Virus record (IMG/VR): IMGVR_UViG_3300009868_000002 | Coordinates: 39,556-103,555 of that record | From: a virus | Lineage: Duplodnaviria > Caudoviricetes | Length of the DNA: 64,000 bases | Strand: one strand, 5' to 3' | In this document: piece by piece, positions 63,819 through 64,000 of the stretch | How positions within the stretch are numbered: position 1 is the first letter of the stretch | Layout: each line of letters begins with the position of its first letter | Notes under the pieces: generated by a model | The model's database searches: none | What the model was told of the DNA's origin: nothing | Seen by the model: the letters and a program-made list of their open reading frames with translations, nothing else | Program-made: the position numbers and the translations under genes

Positions 63819-64000
63819 GTTGTTTGAAATTAATGATAGGGGATATGTTATTTCCGGCGTTAAGAGGGGGAGCCTTGGTGAGTTGCTCTAACGCAGAAAG
63901 CTGCCACAAAAAGTTTCAGGTTCTGAAGGGGGGGGTAGTTTCCATGCTGCTACAACAGGGGGAGGGGCAGTTTCAAAAGAGGTGATTAGGGGAGTGGAAG

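Noticed and set aside
1-64000. Stop-codon reassignment, as seen in some crAss-like phages
   Set aside because: Very long intact ORFs under the standard code; TAA, TAG and TGA all terminate plausible genes.
1-64000. Reverse transcriptase, integrase, intein or self-splicing intron
   Set aside because: No RT-like ORF with a YxDD motif, recombinase or intein motifs were recognised; polA and the helicases are uninterrupted.
63925-64000. G-rich tract at the window end as a G-quadruplex or genome terminus
   Set aside because: It is truncated by the window edge and there is not enough context to assign a function.

Overview
The window is ~64 kb of a crAss-like (Crassvirales-type) phage genome, probably with a Bacteroidota host (A/T-rich, SD-less translation starts), read in the standard genetic code. 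Positions 1-22.3 kb (+ strand) hold the giant virion cargo genes: a 924-aa protein, a 2829-aa zincin-motif protein, an inserted ferritin, a 1882-aa virion RNA polymerase with DFDID, and a 1456-aa PD-(D/E)xK protein. Positions 22.4-64 kb (- strand) hold replication genes (PolA, SF2 and DnaB helicases, primase, AAA ATPase, UNG, RusA-like, exonuclease), a Ubl-E2-JAB-E1 ubiquitin-like operon, sugar-modification enzymes, cell-wall enzymes, many small genes and several structured non-coding regions. The standout result is that the apparent intergenic gaps are filled by 44 short ORFs (38-60 aa, nearly all absent from or mis-started in the supplied ORF track) in 9 clusters. They are mostly chained by ATGA stop/start overlaps, start M-[KRIN]-[LI], are hypervariable in the middle and end in R-L-I-L-like tails. 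The member directly behind a C-terminally truncated FGE-sulfatase (C-type-lectin-fold) gene is the missing RGGSW...GFRL C-terminal segment of that domain and has the GC-rich NNC-codon signature of a DGR variable region. This suggests a split CLec/FGE receptor: one constant scaffold plus a genome-wide library of interchangeable variable-region peptides. No DGR reverse transcriptase or template region was seen in this window. All family assignments come from motif recognition by eye, with no database search.
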